NCBI GenBank assembly: GCA_017456625.1
Contig: JAFTJB010000004.1
Coordinates: forward strand, 5,901-69,900
Direction of reading: 5' to 3'
Length of the DNA stretch: 64,000 nucleotides
From: Clostridia bacterium
GTDB lineage: Bacteria; Bacillota; Clostridia; Oscillospirales; CAG-272
Shown: positions 18,307 through 28,172 of the stretch, in pieces
Numbering within the stretch: position 1 is the first letter of the stretch
Layout of the letters: the number at the start of each line of letters is the position of its first letter
Made by a program: the position numbers and the translations under genes
The notes under the pieces: model-generated
Databases searched by the model: none
What the model was told of the DNA's origin: nothing
The model's input: only the letters and a program-made list of their open reading frames with translations

Positions 18307-18844
18307 CAGCGCCTCACGCCGATTCGGATCGAAGCATATTTTTGAGATCACTCTGTTTGCCATGCTCGGTGCTCTCATGTATGCCTCAAAGCTTCTCATG
18401 GAGGTACTCCCGAACATTCACCTGCTTGCAATGTTCATCACCGTTTTTACCGTTGTTTTCCGAGCCAAGGCGCTCTACCCCATCTACGTCTTTGTTTTTC
18501 TCACGGGACTCTATGCGGGCTTTGGCGCATGGTGGCCGCCCTATCTCTACGTTTGGACCGTGCTTTGGGCTATCGTGATGCTTCTGCCAAAGAATATGCC
18601 GACACCTGTGGCTTGCATCGTTTATTCGCTCGTCGCCGGTCTGTACGGGTTGCTGTTCGGCGTGCTCTACGCTCCCGGGCAGGCGCTTATATTTGGCTAT
18701 ACCTTCGATCAGATGCTTGCATGGATCGCCTCGGGATTTGTGTTCGACGTCATTCACGGCATTTCAAATCTTGTCATCGGATTTCTGTCCGTCCCGCTCA
18801 TCAAGGTCACAAAAAGGGCATTACACGCAACGGGAATGTATTAA
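18284..18844 (+). CDS. small polytopic membrane protein, ECF-transporter S-component-like (CbrT-type candidate)
   Basis: 186 aa with 5-6 TM segments. It overlaps the upstream lipoprotein gene by 23 nt and lies behind the putative B12 riboswitch. The functional assignment rests on context and size only. Confidence 0.45.
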   Translation: MSLRAKNNSASRRFGSKHIFEITLFAMLGALMYASKLLMEVLPNIHLLAMFITVFTVVFRAKALYPIYVFVFLTGLYAGFGAWWPPYLYVWTVLWAIVMLLPKNMPTPVACIVYSLVAGLYGLLFGVLYAPGQALIFGYTFDQMLAWIASGFVFDVIHGISNLVIGFLSVPLIKVTKRALHATGMY

Positions 18845-18881
18845 AAAACAGCTCGCTCCGTTCAGAGCGAGCTGTTTTTTT
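18843..18881. terminator. bidirectional intrinsic terminator between convergent genes
   Basis: AAAAAA-acagctcgctc-cgttca-gagcgagctgt-TTTTTT: a perfect 11-bp stem flanked by an A-run and a T-run. Confidence 0.85.
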
Positions 18882-21222
18882 AGTTATCTTTGGTTTTTAT
18901 ATGCAATACCGCCGTGCGAAGTCCCGCGGATCGCGCGACCACGCGAAGATTTTCGGGATCCGTTCCGAGCTTGACGGCAACGCTGATCCGTCCCGCGCGC
19001 ATACGGCGAGAGGACTTGAAGATGGTATCGTGCTCCGTAATATCCGAGCCCGTTGAATAGATTCTGCAATCGCCATTTGCAATGAATTCCACAGACGCGA
19101 TCTCCGCATCGGGCACGACGTTTCCTTCACGGTCGCTCACAAAGCAGGAAAGAATGGCAATATCCTCTCCGTTGGCGCGTACGTCTTGCGTATCCTGCTC
19201 CAAGCAAAGCTGATATGCCTCACCCGACGTCTTTTGAACGTCCTCGGCAACAATCTTACCGTCGCGGTATGCCACCGCACGCAGTTCTCCGGGCTTATAA
19301 ACGACCTCCCATTCGGCATGCCCGTAGCGCTCGACCGCTCTCACGCCAAGGCTCTCGCCGTCAAGGAAAAGCTCGACCCGCTCCACGTTCGTATACGCGC
19401 GCACAGTAAAGGTCTCACCCTCAAAGCCCGCAAAATTCCAATGCGGCAGAAGATGTACCATCGGCTCGTCCGTCCAAAGCGATTGATTTTGATAATACGC
19501 ATCCTTCTTTTGCATAAAGAGATCGATCGCGCCGCTCTGCGAGCAAAGTCTTGGCCAAACCGCCTCTCCGCGATGCTCAAAGGCGATCCATTGGAAGCCG
19601 CCGAGGAGCCAATCATTCGCGGCAAAATACTTCCACGTATGCTCTCGTCCGAGAAACTGTCTGGTCGTATCTCTGTCCCACGCGGGCAGGAACGCGCGCG
19701 TCGGATCGGGATCAAAATACCAGCCTCTCGTCGTTCCCGTCGCGCAGCATTCGGAGGAAAATACGCCCTTGCTCGGGTATTTTTCGTGCACACGCTGATA
19801 AGCATCGAGGTTATAGTTGATTCCGACTACCTCATTTTCGTCGTAAACGGTCGCGGTATCGGGACGGTCAACGGCGGTCATGATCACGCGGCTGTCATCC
19901 AGCTTGTGCGCCACTGCCATGAGCGATTGACAGATCCTTCTTCCCTGCTCGGTAACAAAGTGATATTCCTCGTTTCCGACCGACCAAAAGATCACGCACG
20001 CGCGGTTGCGGTCGCGTTTGATGAGCATTTCAAGTTGTGCCTTTCCCTCATCGGTGGACTCAAACCAGCGCGTCTCGTCCATAACCAAAAATCCGTTCGC
20101 GTCCAGCTCCTCCATGAGTGCCTCGCTCTGCGGATAGTGGCTGGTTCGGTAGGCATTCGCGCCCATCTCCTTCATGAGTTGGACCTTGTATCGATGAATG
20201 TTATCGGGAACGGCCTTTCCCATCAAGCCGCAATCCGCGTGGCCGCAGAAGCCCTTGATCTTATAGTATTTATCGTTCACAAAAAGACCTCGGTCAGGGT
20301 CGATCCGTACGGTACGGAAGCCAAATTTGACCTCGGTGGCATCCACGTCCGCGCCGTCTTTGACGACTGTCGTGCGGAGCGTATAGCGATGGGGCTCATC
20401 GGGAGACCAAAGCTTGGGGTCCGTGACCTCAACACGGTCATAAACGACCGCCTTATCCTTGTATTCGGCACATCCGTCGGTCAGAACGGTCGCCACGGCC
20501 TCTCCGTTCGCATCCACGATCTCGCTCCGAACCGTGAAATCATGCGGCACGACGTCGTCGTTTCGAACCGTTGTCTCCAGCTCCACGCGCCATTTTCCGC
20601 CGCTCTCGTACACAGGCTTTGCAAACGCTCCCCAAAGATCTACCGCAACGCGGTCGGTCTTGATCATTTGAACGTGACGGTAGATTCCGCCGCCCTCATA
20701 CCACCAGCCCTCGTGCTCCTCGGTGTTGACGTAAACGGATAGGACGTTTTTCTCGCCGTCGAATTTGACCAGATCGGTGATATCCACCTCAAAGGTGTTG
20801 TAGCCGCAGAAATTATGCTTCGTCAGACAGCCGTTGAGATAGACGGTCGCGTGTGTGGCAACGCCCTCAAAGAGCAGTGTGATGCGGCGGTCGCGATCTG
20901 CCTCGTCCTCCAGCGTGAAATATTTGATGTACCACGCGTTATCGTAGTGGAAGAAGCCGAGCGCGCAGTTCTCATGCTCGTCGGGAATACCATCGATGAC
21001 GTAATCGTGCGGCAGATCTACCTTGTCCCAACGCTCGGATTTATGCTCCATGTCGTTTTTGTAGCGGTCGATCACAAAGTGATAATCCTTGCTTGCGGGA
21101 CCGTAATGATATCGCTCGGTCTTTGCGGAGATATAGGCAATGGACTTATACTGCGGCATCGGCTGCTTGAGATCACCGCGATGAAAGTACCATTCCTTAT
21201 CAAAATTCAAAATCTCTCTCAT
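18880..21222 (-). CDS. glycoside hydrolase family 2 (beta-galactosidase/beta-glucuronidase-like)
   Basis: 780 aa with GH2 motifs NAYRTSHYP and VIFWSVGNEE (acid/base Glu region), plus an N-terminal sugar-binding domain pattern. Confidence 0.8.
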   Translation of the reverse strand: MREILNFDKEWYFHRGDLKQPMPQYKSIAYISAKTERYHYGPASKDYHFVIDRYKNDMEHKSERWDKVDLPHDYVIDGIPDEHENCALGFFHYDNAWYIKYFTLEDEADRDRRITLLFEGVATHATVYLNGCLTKHNFCGYNTFEVDITDLVKFDGEKNVLSVYVNTEEHEGWWYEGGGIYRHVQMIKTDRVAVDLWGAFAKPVYESGGKWRVELETTVRNDDVVPHDFTVRSEIVDANGEAVATVLTDGCAEYKDKAVVYDRVEVTDPKLWSPDEPHRYTLRTTVVKDGADVDATEVKFGFRTVRIDPDRGLFVNDKYYKIKGFCGHADCGLMGKAVPDNIHRYKVQLMKEMGANAYRTSHYPQSEALMEELDANGFLVMDETRWFESTDEGKAQLEMLIKRDRNRACVIFWSVGNEEYHFVTEQGRRICQSLMAVAHKLDDSRVIMTAVDRPDTATVYDENEVVGINYNLDAYQRVHEKYPSKGVFSSECCATGTTRGWYFDPDPTRAFLPAWDRDTTRQFLGREHTWKYFAANDWLLGGFQWIAFEHRGEAVWPRLCSQSGAIDLFMQKKDAYYQNQSLWTDEPMVHLLPHWNFAGFEGETFTVRAYTNVERVELFLDGESLGVRAVERYGHAEWEVVYKPGELRAVAYRDGKIVAEDVQKTSGEAYQLCLEQDTQDVRANGEDIAILSCFVSDREGNVVPDAEIASVEFIANGDCRIYSTGSDITEHDTIFKSSRRMRAGRISVAVKLGTDPENLRVVARSAGLRTAVLHIKTKDN

Positions 21223-21351
21223 ATCAAACTCCCCTTTGCTTTCGTTGAAAACAGTTTATTATACTTTTCTCGGTTTTTCAAGGGAGATTATTGCAAAACA
21301 TGGACAAAAGTGATATTATATTAGCAAGAGACCAAAAAATGAGGTACCGAT

Positions 21352-22146
21352 ATGAACTACTATTATGCCAAGGGCAGAGTCAACACAGACAAGCAAAGCG
21401 AGGCGGCGCTCACTGTCAACAACTGTGGATACTACCGCGATCTCGGCGATCCGATCGAGATCAACCGCCCAAACGGACGGGGAGATTACCAGCTGCTCCT
21501 TTGCATTAACGGCAACATTACCGTATCGGACGAGCTGCTCGAGCGCGGCGATCTCTATCTTTTTTTGCCACACCAAAAGCAGGTCTACACCTATCATGCC
21601 ACACCCGATTCCTTCTATTGCTGGGTACATTTTACAGGCTATGAGGTGTCTGCTCTTCTTGAAAAATCGGCGCTCTCGCAAGGCAAGCACAGCGCAAAAT
21701 CGCGCCTTTCGGACCTCGAATCTCTCTTTCGGCTGATGGCATTGGAGCTGGGGCGACAAACTCTTGTCACAGACACACTTGCCGCAGGACTTCTCTGCTC
21801 CGTCTTGATGATGGTCGCGGATTCTAAGGTGCCGCTCTCACCCTTCCCGGCGGCAATCAAGCGGTTGGATGAGCTTGGCGATCGCGTGACGGTCGAGGAG
21901 CTTGCGAATATGTACAAAATGAGCAAAGGCCACTTCATCCGCCTCTTCCGTGACCACCTTGGGATCTCCCCCTATCAGTACCGCATTCAAAAGCAGCTCG
22001 AGCTTGCCAAGATGCTCCTTTCCTATTCCAGACTTTCCATATCCGATATCACGCACCATGTCGGCTTGGATGATCCTCTCTATTTCTCGCGCCTCTTTAA
22101 AAAGCACGTCGGCATTTCACCCTCACAATACAGAAAAAGACCTTAA
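21352..22146 (+). CDS. AraC family transcriptional regulator
   Basis: 264 aa with an N-terminal cupin-like domain and a C-terminal double HTH (GHFIRLFRDHLGISPYQYRIQ...DPLYFSRLFKKHVGISPSQYR). It is divergent from the GH2 gene. Confidence 0.85.
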   Translation: MNYYYAKGRVNTDKQSEAALTVNNCGYYRDLGDPIEINRPNGRGDYQLLLCINGNITVSDELLERGDLYLFLPHQKQVYTYHATPDSFYCWVHFTGYEVSALLEKSALSQGKHSAKSRLSDLESLFRLMALELGRQTLVTDTLAAGLLCSVLMMVADSKVPLSPFPAAIKRLDELGDRVTVEELANMYKMSKGHFIRLFRDHLGISPYQYRIQKQLELAKMLLSYSRLSISDITHHVGLDDPLYFSRLFKKHVGISPSQYRKRP

Positions 22147-22197
22147 AAACAGGCAGGATCCGCAAAAAGCAGGTCCTGCCCTTCTGTTTGGTAGCAT

Positions 22198-22698
22198 TTA
22201 TTGCACGCCGCACGCCCAGCGGATCACATCCATTGAGAGCGAGGAGGACTGAAACGCGAGCGGACAAAGTGCGTTGTCAAGCGTCAAGCAGGCGCCGTCC
22301 TGCAAGGTCAACAGATGCCGCTCCCCGTCCTTACGCACGGAGGCAAGCTCCGAGTCCGCCAAAAGAGAATCGATCGGCAAGAGCAATCCCGCAAGCATAC
22401 CTCTTTCACTCGCAACCGTCACCCCCTCTCTCTCAAGCTCCGCACTGCCATTGGGAAGCGCCACAACCGTTATCCCCGCAAGATTTCCCGTTCCCACATA
22501 TTCCACCATCCGTTTCGCGCCTCCCTCTCCGACAGAATACGTAATACGCGCCGCAAATGCCACGCCGTTCACCTCTCCCCGCACCTCTGCCGAAAAATCT
22601 TGATCCCGATAAGAAAAATAATTCGGCGTGATCGCGCCACACCCCAAAGCCATCGTCACAAGCACCGCAAAAGCAAGGACAAAAAACGCCTTTTTCAT
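22198..22698 (-). CDS. hypothetical lipoprotein
   Basis: 166 aa with signal peptide and lipobox MKKAFFVLAFAVLVTMALGC|G. No recognisable motif beyond that. Confidence 0.5.
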   Translation of the reverse strand: MKKAFFVLAFAVLVTMALGCGAITPNYFSYRDQDFSAEVRGEVNGVAFAARITYSVGEGGAKRMVEYVGTGNLAGITVVALPNGSAELEREGVTVASERGMLAGLLLPIDSLLADSELASVRKDGERHLLTLQDGACLTLDNALCPLAFQSSSLSMDVIRWACGVQ

Positions 22699-22791
22699 AT
22701 TACTCCATCACCTCTCATAAAATTTCATAGCAACTTTTTTCATCACGATCCATTTATATGAATATTTTTTTGCTTTCATTCGCAAAACCGG

Positions 22792-22820
22792 TTGCAATAT
22801 TTGTCCATTTATGTTATAAT
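22792..22820 (+). promoter_or_regulatory. sigma-A type promoter (extended -10) upstream of alr
   Basis: TTGCAA (22792-22797), a 17-nt spacer, then TGtTATAAT (-10 at 22815-22820), 41 nt before the alr ATG. Confidence 0.55.
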
Positions 22821-22861
22821 GAAATCCACAAGCAAAAGCACCTTGGAAAGGAGGCTGTCGA

Positions 22862-24079
22862 ATGGACCCGATTTACAAGCTATACTCTTCCCTGACCGAG
22901 CTGGAGCAGCAAAAAACCTGGGCAGAGATCGACCTGGATGCCCTGCGCAGTAACTATCGTGTTCTGCGCGCGATGATCCACGAAAAAAAGCCGGATACAC
23001 GCATCATCGCGGTTGTCAAGGCAGAAGCATACGGTCACGGAGCACCGGAATGTGTGCGCACGCTGCTTGATGAGGGATGTGACTTTTTTGCGGTCTCCTG
23101 CATTGACGAGGCAGTCGCAGTACGCACGGTCTGCGACACGGCGCAAAAGGAAGCGGACATTCTCATTCTCGGCTACACCCAACCCGTTCTCGCTCCTCAC
23201 CTTGCCCGATACAATATTATACAAACACTTCTCTCCGAAAATTATGCCGTTCAACTCAATACCGCCGCGCAAGGCGCCGGGGTTACGGTCCGAACACATC
23301 TTGCGGTCGACACGGGCATGAATCGCGTCGGCTTCGTGGCGCACAGTGAGGAGGAGATCCTTTCTACCGTCACAGCCATCTCACGTGTTTTGCGCTTCTC
23401 CAATCTCTGCATTGAGGGAATGTTTACGCACTACGCGAGAGCCGACGAGGAGCCGTTTGGCGAGGGCGACGCGCAGACCGCGCTTCAGGCAGCCCGCTAC
23501 CGTGCCCTTTGCACGCACCTTGAGGAGCGCGAGATCCGAATTCCCTTCCACCATTCCTGCAACAGTGCCGCCACCGTCAGACGTCCCGAGGATTACCAAA
23601 GCGGTGTTCGACTCGGCATTCTTCTGTTTGGCGCGAGGCCCTCGGAGCACGTCGAGCTTCCTCTGCGTCCCGTTATGAAGCTCAAAACCGTGATCTCGCA
23701 TCTTCACAAGCTCCTTCCCGGCGAGCATGTCAGCTACGGCGGAGACTTTTGCGCCTCTACCGAGCGTTTGATCGCCACGATCCCCATTGGCTACGCAGAC
23801 GGCTTCATGCGCGCATACAGCGGCATCCACGTCACCGTCCACACCGCCATCGGTGCCTGCCGCGTTCCCATCGTGGGCAAGATCTGTATGGATCAATGCA
23901 TGATCGACGTCACAGACACGGGCGCGCAGGTCGGCAACGAGGTCACTCTTTTTGGAAACGATCCAACGGAGCTATATGAATGCGCAAGCCGCGCATCCAC
24001 CGTTGATTACGAATGTCTTTGTCTGATCTCCTCGCGCGTGACGCGCAGGTACGTAGACCGAGACCAGCCCCGCGCGTGA
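22862..24079 (+). CDS. alr: alanine racemase
   Basis: 405 aa with the PLP-lysine motif AVVKAEAYGHGA, and a C-terminal PIGYADG...VPIVGKICMDQCMIDV typical of Alr. Confidence 0.9.
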   Translation: MDPIYKLYSSLTELEQQKTWAEIDLDALRSNYRVLRAMIHEKKPDTRIIAVVKAEAYGHGAPECVRTLLDEGCDFFAVSCIDEAVAVRTVCDTAQKEADILILGYTQPVLAPHLARYNIIQTLLSENYAVQLNTAAQGAGVTVRTHLAVDTGMNRVGFVAHSEEEILSTVTAISRVLRFSNLCIEGMFTHYARADEEPFGEGDAQTALQAARYRALCTHLEEREIRIPFHHSCNSAATVRRPEDYQSGVRLGILLFGARPSEHVELPLRPVMKLKTVISHLHKLLPGEHVSYGGDFCASTERLIATIPIGYADGFMRAYSGIHVTVHTAIGACRVPIVGKICMDQCMIDVTDTGAQVGNEVTLFGNDPTELYECASRASTVDYECLCLISSRVTRRYVDRDQPRA

Positions 24080-24098
24080 GCGCAGCAAAGGAGGTAAC

Positions 24099-24956
24099 AT
24101 GTCACAAAGCTTTTTATACGAGGACAAAAAAAACGAATTGTACATTGGCACGCCAAAAAGCAGAAAAAGGTGCCGCTTGCAGTGCGTCCCTCATCTGCAC
24201 AGACATCTTGAGATGGTCTATATGATCAACGGAGACTCTGTCGGATACGCCGACACCGTCCGCGCGGAAATCCACTCGGGTGATATTTTTCTCACCTTCC
24301 CCAATCAGATCCATTTCTACGAGAGCTTCGCCCCGGAGACCTACTATATCTTCATTTTTTCGCCCGACATGCTCCCCGAATTTTCGGAAATCTTTTCACT
24401 CTCGTCGCCACAATCCCCCATTATCAAAAACGCAGGACTGCAACCGGAGATCAAAGCCTTACTGACGGCGTTGGTGGAAAATGAGAAGCAAGGCGCAGAA
24501 CAAAAAAACGCCTTCTCCAAAAACCTACAGCGCGGATATCTCCTCTCACTTCTCTCACTCCTCATTCCGCAAATGGAATTGGAGCAGCTCTCCATCAGCG
24601 ATTCGGGGGCTCTGCGCGCCATCGTCTCCTACTGTACGAGTAATTTTTCAGAAAACCTTTCCCTCTCACTTCTTGAGGAAAAGCTTCACCTCAACAAGTA
24701 CTACATCTCCCACCTTTTCAGCAAAAAGCTCGGTCTCCGATTCAACGATTATATCAATTCTCTCCGCGTTTCCGAGGCGTGCCGTTATCTCCTCAACACC
24801 GATAACAGCATCACGGAGATCAGCGAAACGGTCGGCTTTAACACCCAGCGAACCTTCAATCGCGCGTTTATCAAGGCAATGGGACTCACCCCCGGAGAAT
24901 ATCGCAAAAAGAATTTTTTAAACGTCACAAAACAACAGAAAGGAGCTCTTACATGA
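24099..24956 (+). CDS. AraC family transcriptional regulator
   Basis: 285 aa with cupin N-domain residues (HLHRHLEMVYM) and an AraC HTH (YYISHLFSKKLGLRFNDYINSLR...TQRTFNRAFIKAMGLTPGEYR). It starts 19 nt after alr and overlaps ahcY by 4 nt. Confidence 0.85.
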   Translation: MSQSFLYEDKKNELYIGTPKSRKRCRLQCVPHLHRHLEMVYMINGDSVGYADTVRAEIHSGDIFLTFPNQIHFYESFAPETYYIFIFSPDMLPEFSEIFSLSSPQSPIIKNAGLQPEIKALLTALVENEKQGAEQKNAFSKNLQRGYLLSLLSLLIPQMELEQLSISDSGALRAIVSYCTSNFSENLSLSLLEEKLHLNKYYISHLFSKKLGLRFNDYINSLRVSEACRYLLNTDNSITEISETVGFNTQRTFNRAFIKAMGLTPGEYRKKNFLNVTKQQKGALT

Positions 24957-26194
24957 GCCAAATCAAGGATATCAATCTCGCGCCCTCGGGTGCCGATAAA
25001 ATTGCATGGGTACAGTCTTATATGCCCATTCTCAATCACATCAAGGAGGAATTCGAGAGAACGCTCCCCTTTAAGGGAAAGAAGATCTCCATGTCCATCC
25101 ACCTTGAGGCAAAGACCGCATACCTCGCAAAGGTGCTTCGCGCAGGCGGTGCGGAGGTCTACGTCACGGGATGCAATCCTCTCTCCACGCAGGATGACGT
25201 CGCCGCAGCACTTGCCGCCGAGGGCTTTGAGGTTTATGCACGTCACGGCGTTTCCGAGGAGGAGTACCGCGATCATCTGATCCAAACACTTTCCTGCCGT
25301 CCCGATCTGATCATTGATGACGGCGGAGATCTCATTTCCCTGCTCCACGGTGAGTGTCGAGAGCTTGGCGCAAACCTCATCGGCGGCTGTGAGGAGACCA
25401 CCACGGGTATTCACCGTCTGCTCGCAAGACAGGAGGCAGGACTTCTCGATTATACGATGATCGACGTCAACGATGCCGATTGCAAGCACCTGTTTGATAA
25501 TCGTTACGGCACCGGTCAATCCACACTCGACGGCATTATGAATGCAACCAATCTGATCATTGCGGGCAAGACCGTCGTCGTTGCAGGCTACGGCTGGTGC
25601 GGCAAGGGCCTTGCAATGCGTGCCAAGGGTATGGGCGCCGTCGTTGTCGTTACCGAGATCGATCCCATCAAGGCGATCGAAGCAGTCATGGACGGATTTA
25701 CCGTTCTCCCGATGGACGAGGCAGCCAAGATCGGCGACCTGTTCGTCACACTCACGGGATGCTGCGACGTATTGCGTCGCGAGCATTTCGAGGTCATGAA
25801 GGACGGCGTTTTGCTCGCAAACAGCGGACATTTTGACGTTGAGATCGACAAAAAGGCACTTAAGGCACTTTCTGTCGAGGATTGGGAACGTAAGCCCAAC
25901 ATTCACGGCTATCGGATGGCAGACGGAAGGATCCTCAATCTTCTTGCCGAAGGCAGACTCGTCAACCTTGCCGCAGGGAACGGACACCCGGCAGAGATCA
26001 TGGATATGTCCTTTGGAATTCAGGCAAAGGGACTCGAATATCTCGCAAAGCACGGAAAAGACCTCAAGAATCAGGTTTACGCCGTCCCCGCAGAGATCGA
26101 CCAAGAGGTCGCCGCGATCAAGCTCGCAGCCTCTAATATCACCATCGACACCCTCTCCGAAGCGCAAAAGGAATATCTTGGGCGCGTAGAATAA
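24953..26194 (+). CDS. ahcY: adenosylhomocysteinase
   Basis: 413 aa with IIDDGGDL, HRL, the NAD-binding VVAGYGWCGKG motif, and GHFDVEID and LAEGRLVNL blocks typical of SAH hydrolase. Confidence 0.9.
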   Translation: MSQIKDINLAPSGADKIAWVQSYMPILNHIKEEFERTLPFKGKKISMSIHLEAKTAYLAKVLRAGGAEVYVTGCNPLSTQDDVAAALAAEGFEVYARHGVSEEEYRDHLIQTLSCRPDLIIDDGGDLISLLHGECRELGANLIGGCEETTTGIHRLLARQEAGLLDYTMIDVNDADCKHLFDNRYGTGQSTLDGIMNATNLIIAGKTVVVAGYGWCGKGLAMRAKGMGAVVVVTEIDPIKAIEAVMDGFTVLPMDEAAKIGDLFVTLTGCCDVLRREHFEVMKDGVLLANSGHFDVEIDKKALKALSVEDWERKPNIHGYRMADGRILNLLAEGRLVNLAAGNGHPAEIMDMSFGIQAKGLEYLAKHGKDLKNQVYAVPAEIDQEVAAIKLAASNITIDTLSEAQKEYLGRVE

Positions 26195-26266
26195 GAAACC
26201 TATCAAAATAGCAATATTTGTCTACTATATTTAAGCCGCAAAGCAGCGGCAGAACGGAGCACTCGT

Positions 26267-28159
26267 ATGTCCGAAACAAATCAGCCGCTTCGCACGCAGA
26301 TCGCCGTCGTCGGAGCAGGTCACGCAGGAGTCGAAGCCGCCCTCGCAGCGGCGCGCATGGGGATCGACACCGTGCTGTTTACCATGTCACTCGATACCGT
26401 CGCGAATATGCCATGCAACCCCTCCATCGGCGGCACCGCGAAAGGGCACCTCGTCTATGAAATTGACGCACTGGGTGGAGAAATGGGCAGGGTTGCAGAC
26501 CTTGTCACACTGCAGTCCCGAACCCTCAATTTGGGCAAGGGAGCCGCAGTTCAAAGCAAACGCGTGCAGGCGGATCGCAAAAAATATCAAAGCATTATGA
26601 AGCACACTCTGGAAAAGACAGAGCACCTCCGTTTGATCCAGGCAGAGATCGTGGAGCTTCGTACAAAAGAGGACGAAAACGGCGTCAAGAGCGTCCGTTC
26701 CGTTGTAACAAAATTGGGCGAGGAATGGTTCTGTGACTGCGTCATTATTGCAACCGGAACCCACCTTGAAAGCGCAATATTTGTCGGTTCCGTATCCTAC
26801 GAAGCAGGTCCGGACGGGACGCTTCCCGCAAAGGGACTTTCCGCCTCTCTGCAAGCCGCAGGCATTAAGCTTTTACGTTTTAAGACCGGAACTCCGGCGC
26901 GCGTCAAGCGTTCAACGATCCGTCTTGATCAACTTGAGGAGCAGCCCGGCGACGATCACATCCTTCCCTACAGCGTACAGCATGACGAGGATATGTTCAA
27001 CGGAACCTCGCAAATCCCCTGCCACATCGTTTACACCAACGCAAGCACACACAAGATCATCCGAGATAACATCCAGAGAAGCGCCCTTTATTCCGGAAAG
27101 ATCCACGGCACAGGGCCGCGGTATTGCCCCTCCATCGAGGACAAGCTGGTCAGATTTGCAGACAAAGAGCGCCATCAGCTCTTTGTCGAGCCAATGGGAG
27201 AGAACACAGAGGAAATGTACATTCAAGGCTTCTCCACCTCCCTCCCCACAGACGTACAAGTCAAAATGCTCCACTCTCTCGCAGGATTTGAAAACGCGGA
27301 AATCATGCGCTACGCATATGCCATCGAATACGACTGCGCAGATCCTACACAAATGAACGCAACCTTAGAATTTAAGGATATAAAAGGCCTTTACGGCGCA
27401 GGTCAATTTAACGGCACCTCGGGTTACGAGGAAGCCGCGGCACAAGGACTTGTCGCAGGGATCAACGCCGCAAGAAAGCTGCAAAGCAAATCGCCGATCA
27501 TTATGAAGCGTTCCGAGAGTTACATCGGCACGTTGATCGACGATCTTGTCACAAAAGGTACGAACGAACCCTATCGCATGATGACCTCGCGTTCCGAGTA
27601 CAGATTACTCCTTCGTCAAGACAACGCAGACCTTCGACTCACTCCGATCGGACGCGAAGTTGGCCTCATTAACGACGCACGTTATGCGCAATATTTGTCT
27701 AAAAAAAGCAAAGAAGAAGCGGAAAAAGAGAGATTAGAGTCTACGCATGTCTCCCCGGAGACTGCAAACCCCTTCCTTGAAGAGATAGGCGAAACGCGGT
27801 TAAAGTCCGGCGCATCACTCGCAGATCTTCTCCGCCGTCCGGCAGTTAGCTATGAGCAACTTGCAAAAATAGATCCAGACCGTCCTCAACTCCCAGCAAC
27901 AGTTCGTCTCACCGTCGAGGTTGACATCAAATACGCAGGTTACGCCAAGCGGCAATGTGCAGAAGTCGAGCACCGCAAGAGGCTTGAAGAAAAGAAGCTT
28001 CCTCTTGACTTAAACTATCGAGAAATTCGCGGTTTGAGGATCGAGGCGGCGCAAAAGCTCGAAAAGCTCCGTCCACTTACACTTGGTCAAGCATCTCGCA
28101 TCAGCGGCGTCAATCCTGCCGATATATCCGTCCTCTTGATCTACCTTAATATAAAATAA
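26267..28159 (+). CDS. mnmG: tRNA uridine 5-carboxymethylaminomethyl modification enzyme MnmG (GidA)
   Basis: 630 aa with the FAD motif VVGAGHAGVEAALAAARMG, then NPSIGGTAKGHLVYEIDALGG and GPRYCPSIEDK. Confidence 0.95.
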   Translation: MSETNQPLRTQIAVVGAGHAGVEAALAAARMGIDTVLFTMSLDTVANMPCNPSIGGTAKGHLVYEIDALGGEMGRVADLVTLQSRTLNLGKGAAVQSKRVQADRKKYQSIMKHTLEKTEHLRLIQAEIVELRTKEDENGVKSVRSVVTKLGEEWFCDCVIIATGTHLESAIFVGSVSYEAGPDGTLPAKGLSASLQAAGIKLLRFKTGTPARVKRSTIRLDQLEEQPGDDHILPYSVQHDEDMFNGTSQIPCHIVYTNASTHKIIRDNIQRSALYSGKIHGTGPRYCPSIEDKLVRFADKERHQLFVEPMGENTEEMYIQGFSTSLPTDVQVKMLHSLAGFENAEIMRYAYAIEYDCADPTQMNATLEFKDIKGLYGAGQFNGTSGYEEAAAQGLVAGINAARKLQSKSPIIMKRSESYIGTLIDDLVTKGTNEPYRMMTSRSEYRLLLRQDNADLRLTPIGREVGLINDARYAQYLSKKSKEEAEKERLESTHVSPETANPFLEEIGETRLKSGASLADLLRRPAVSYEQLAKIDPDRPQLPATVRLTVEVDIKYAGYAKRQCAEVEHRKRLEEKKLPLDLNYREIRGLRIEAAQKLEKLRPLTLGQASRISGVNPADISVLLIYLNIK

Positions 28160-28172
28160 AAGGAGAATTGCA

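Noticed and set aside
24785-26206. 473-aa minus-strand ORF opposite ahcY
   Set aside because: It is a shadow ORF in the same register. The plus-strand product has all the adenosylhomocysteinase motifs.
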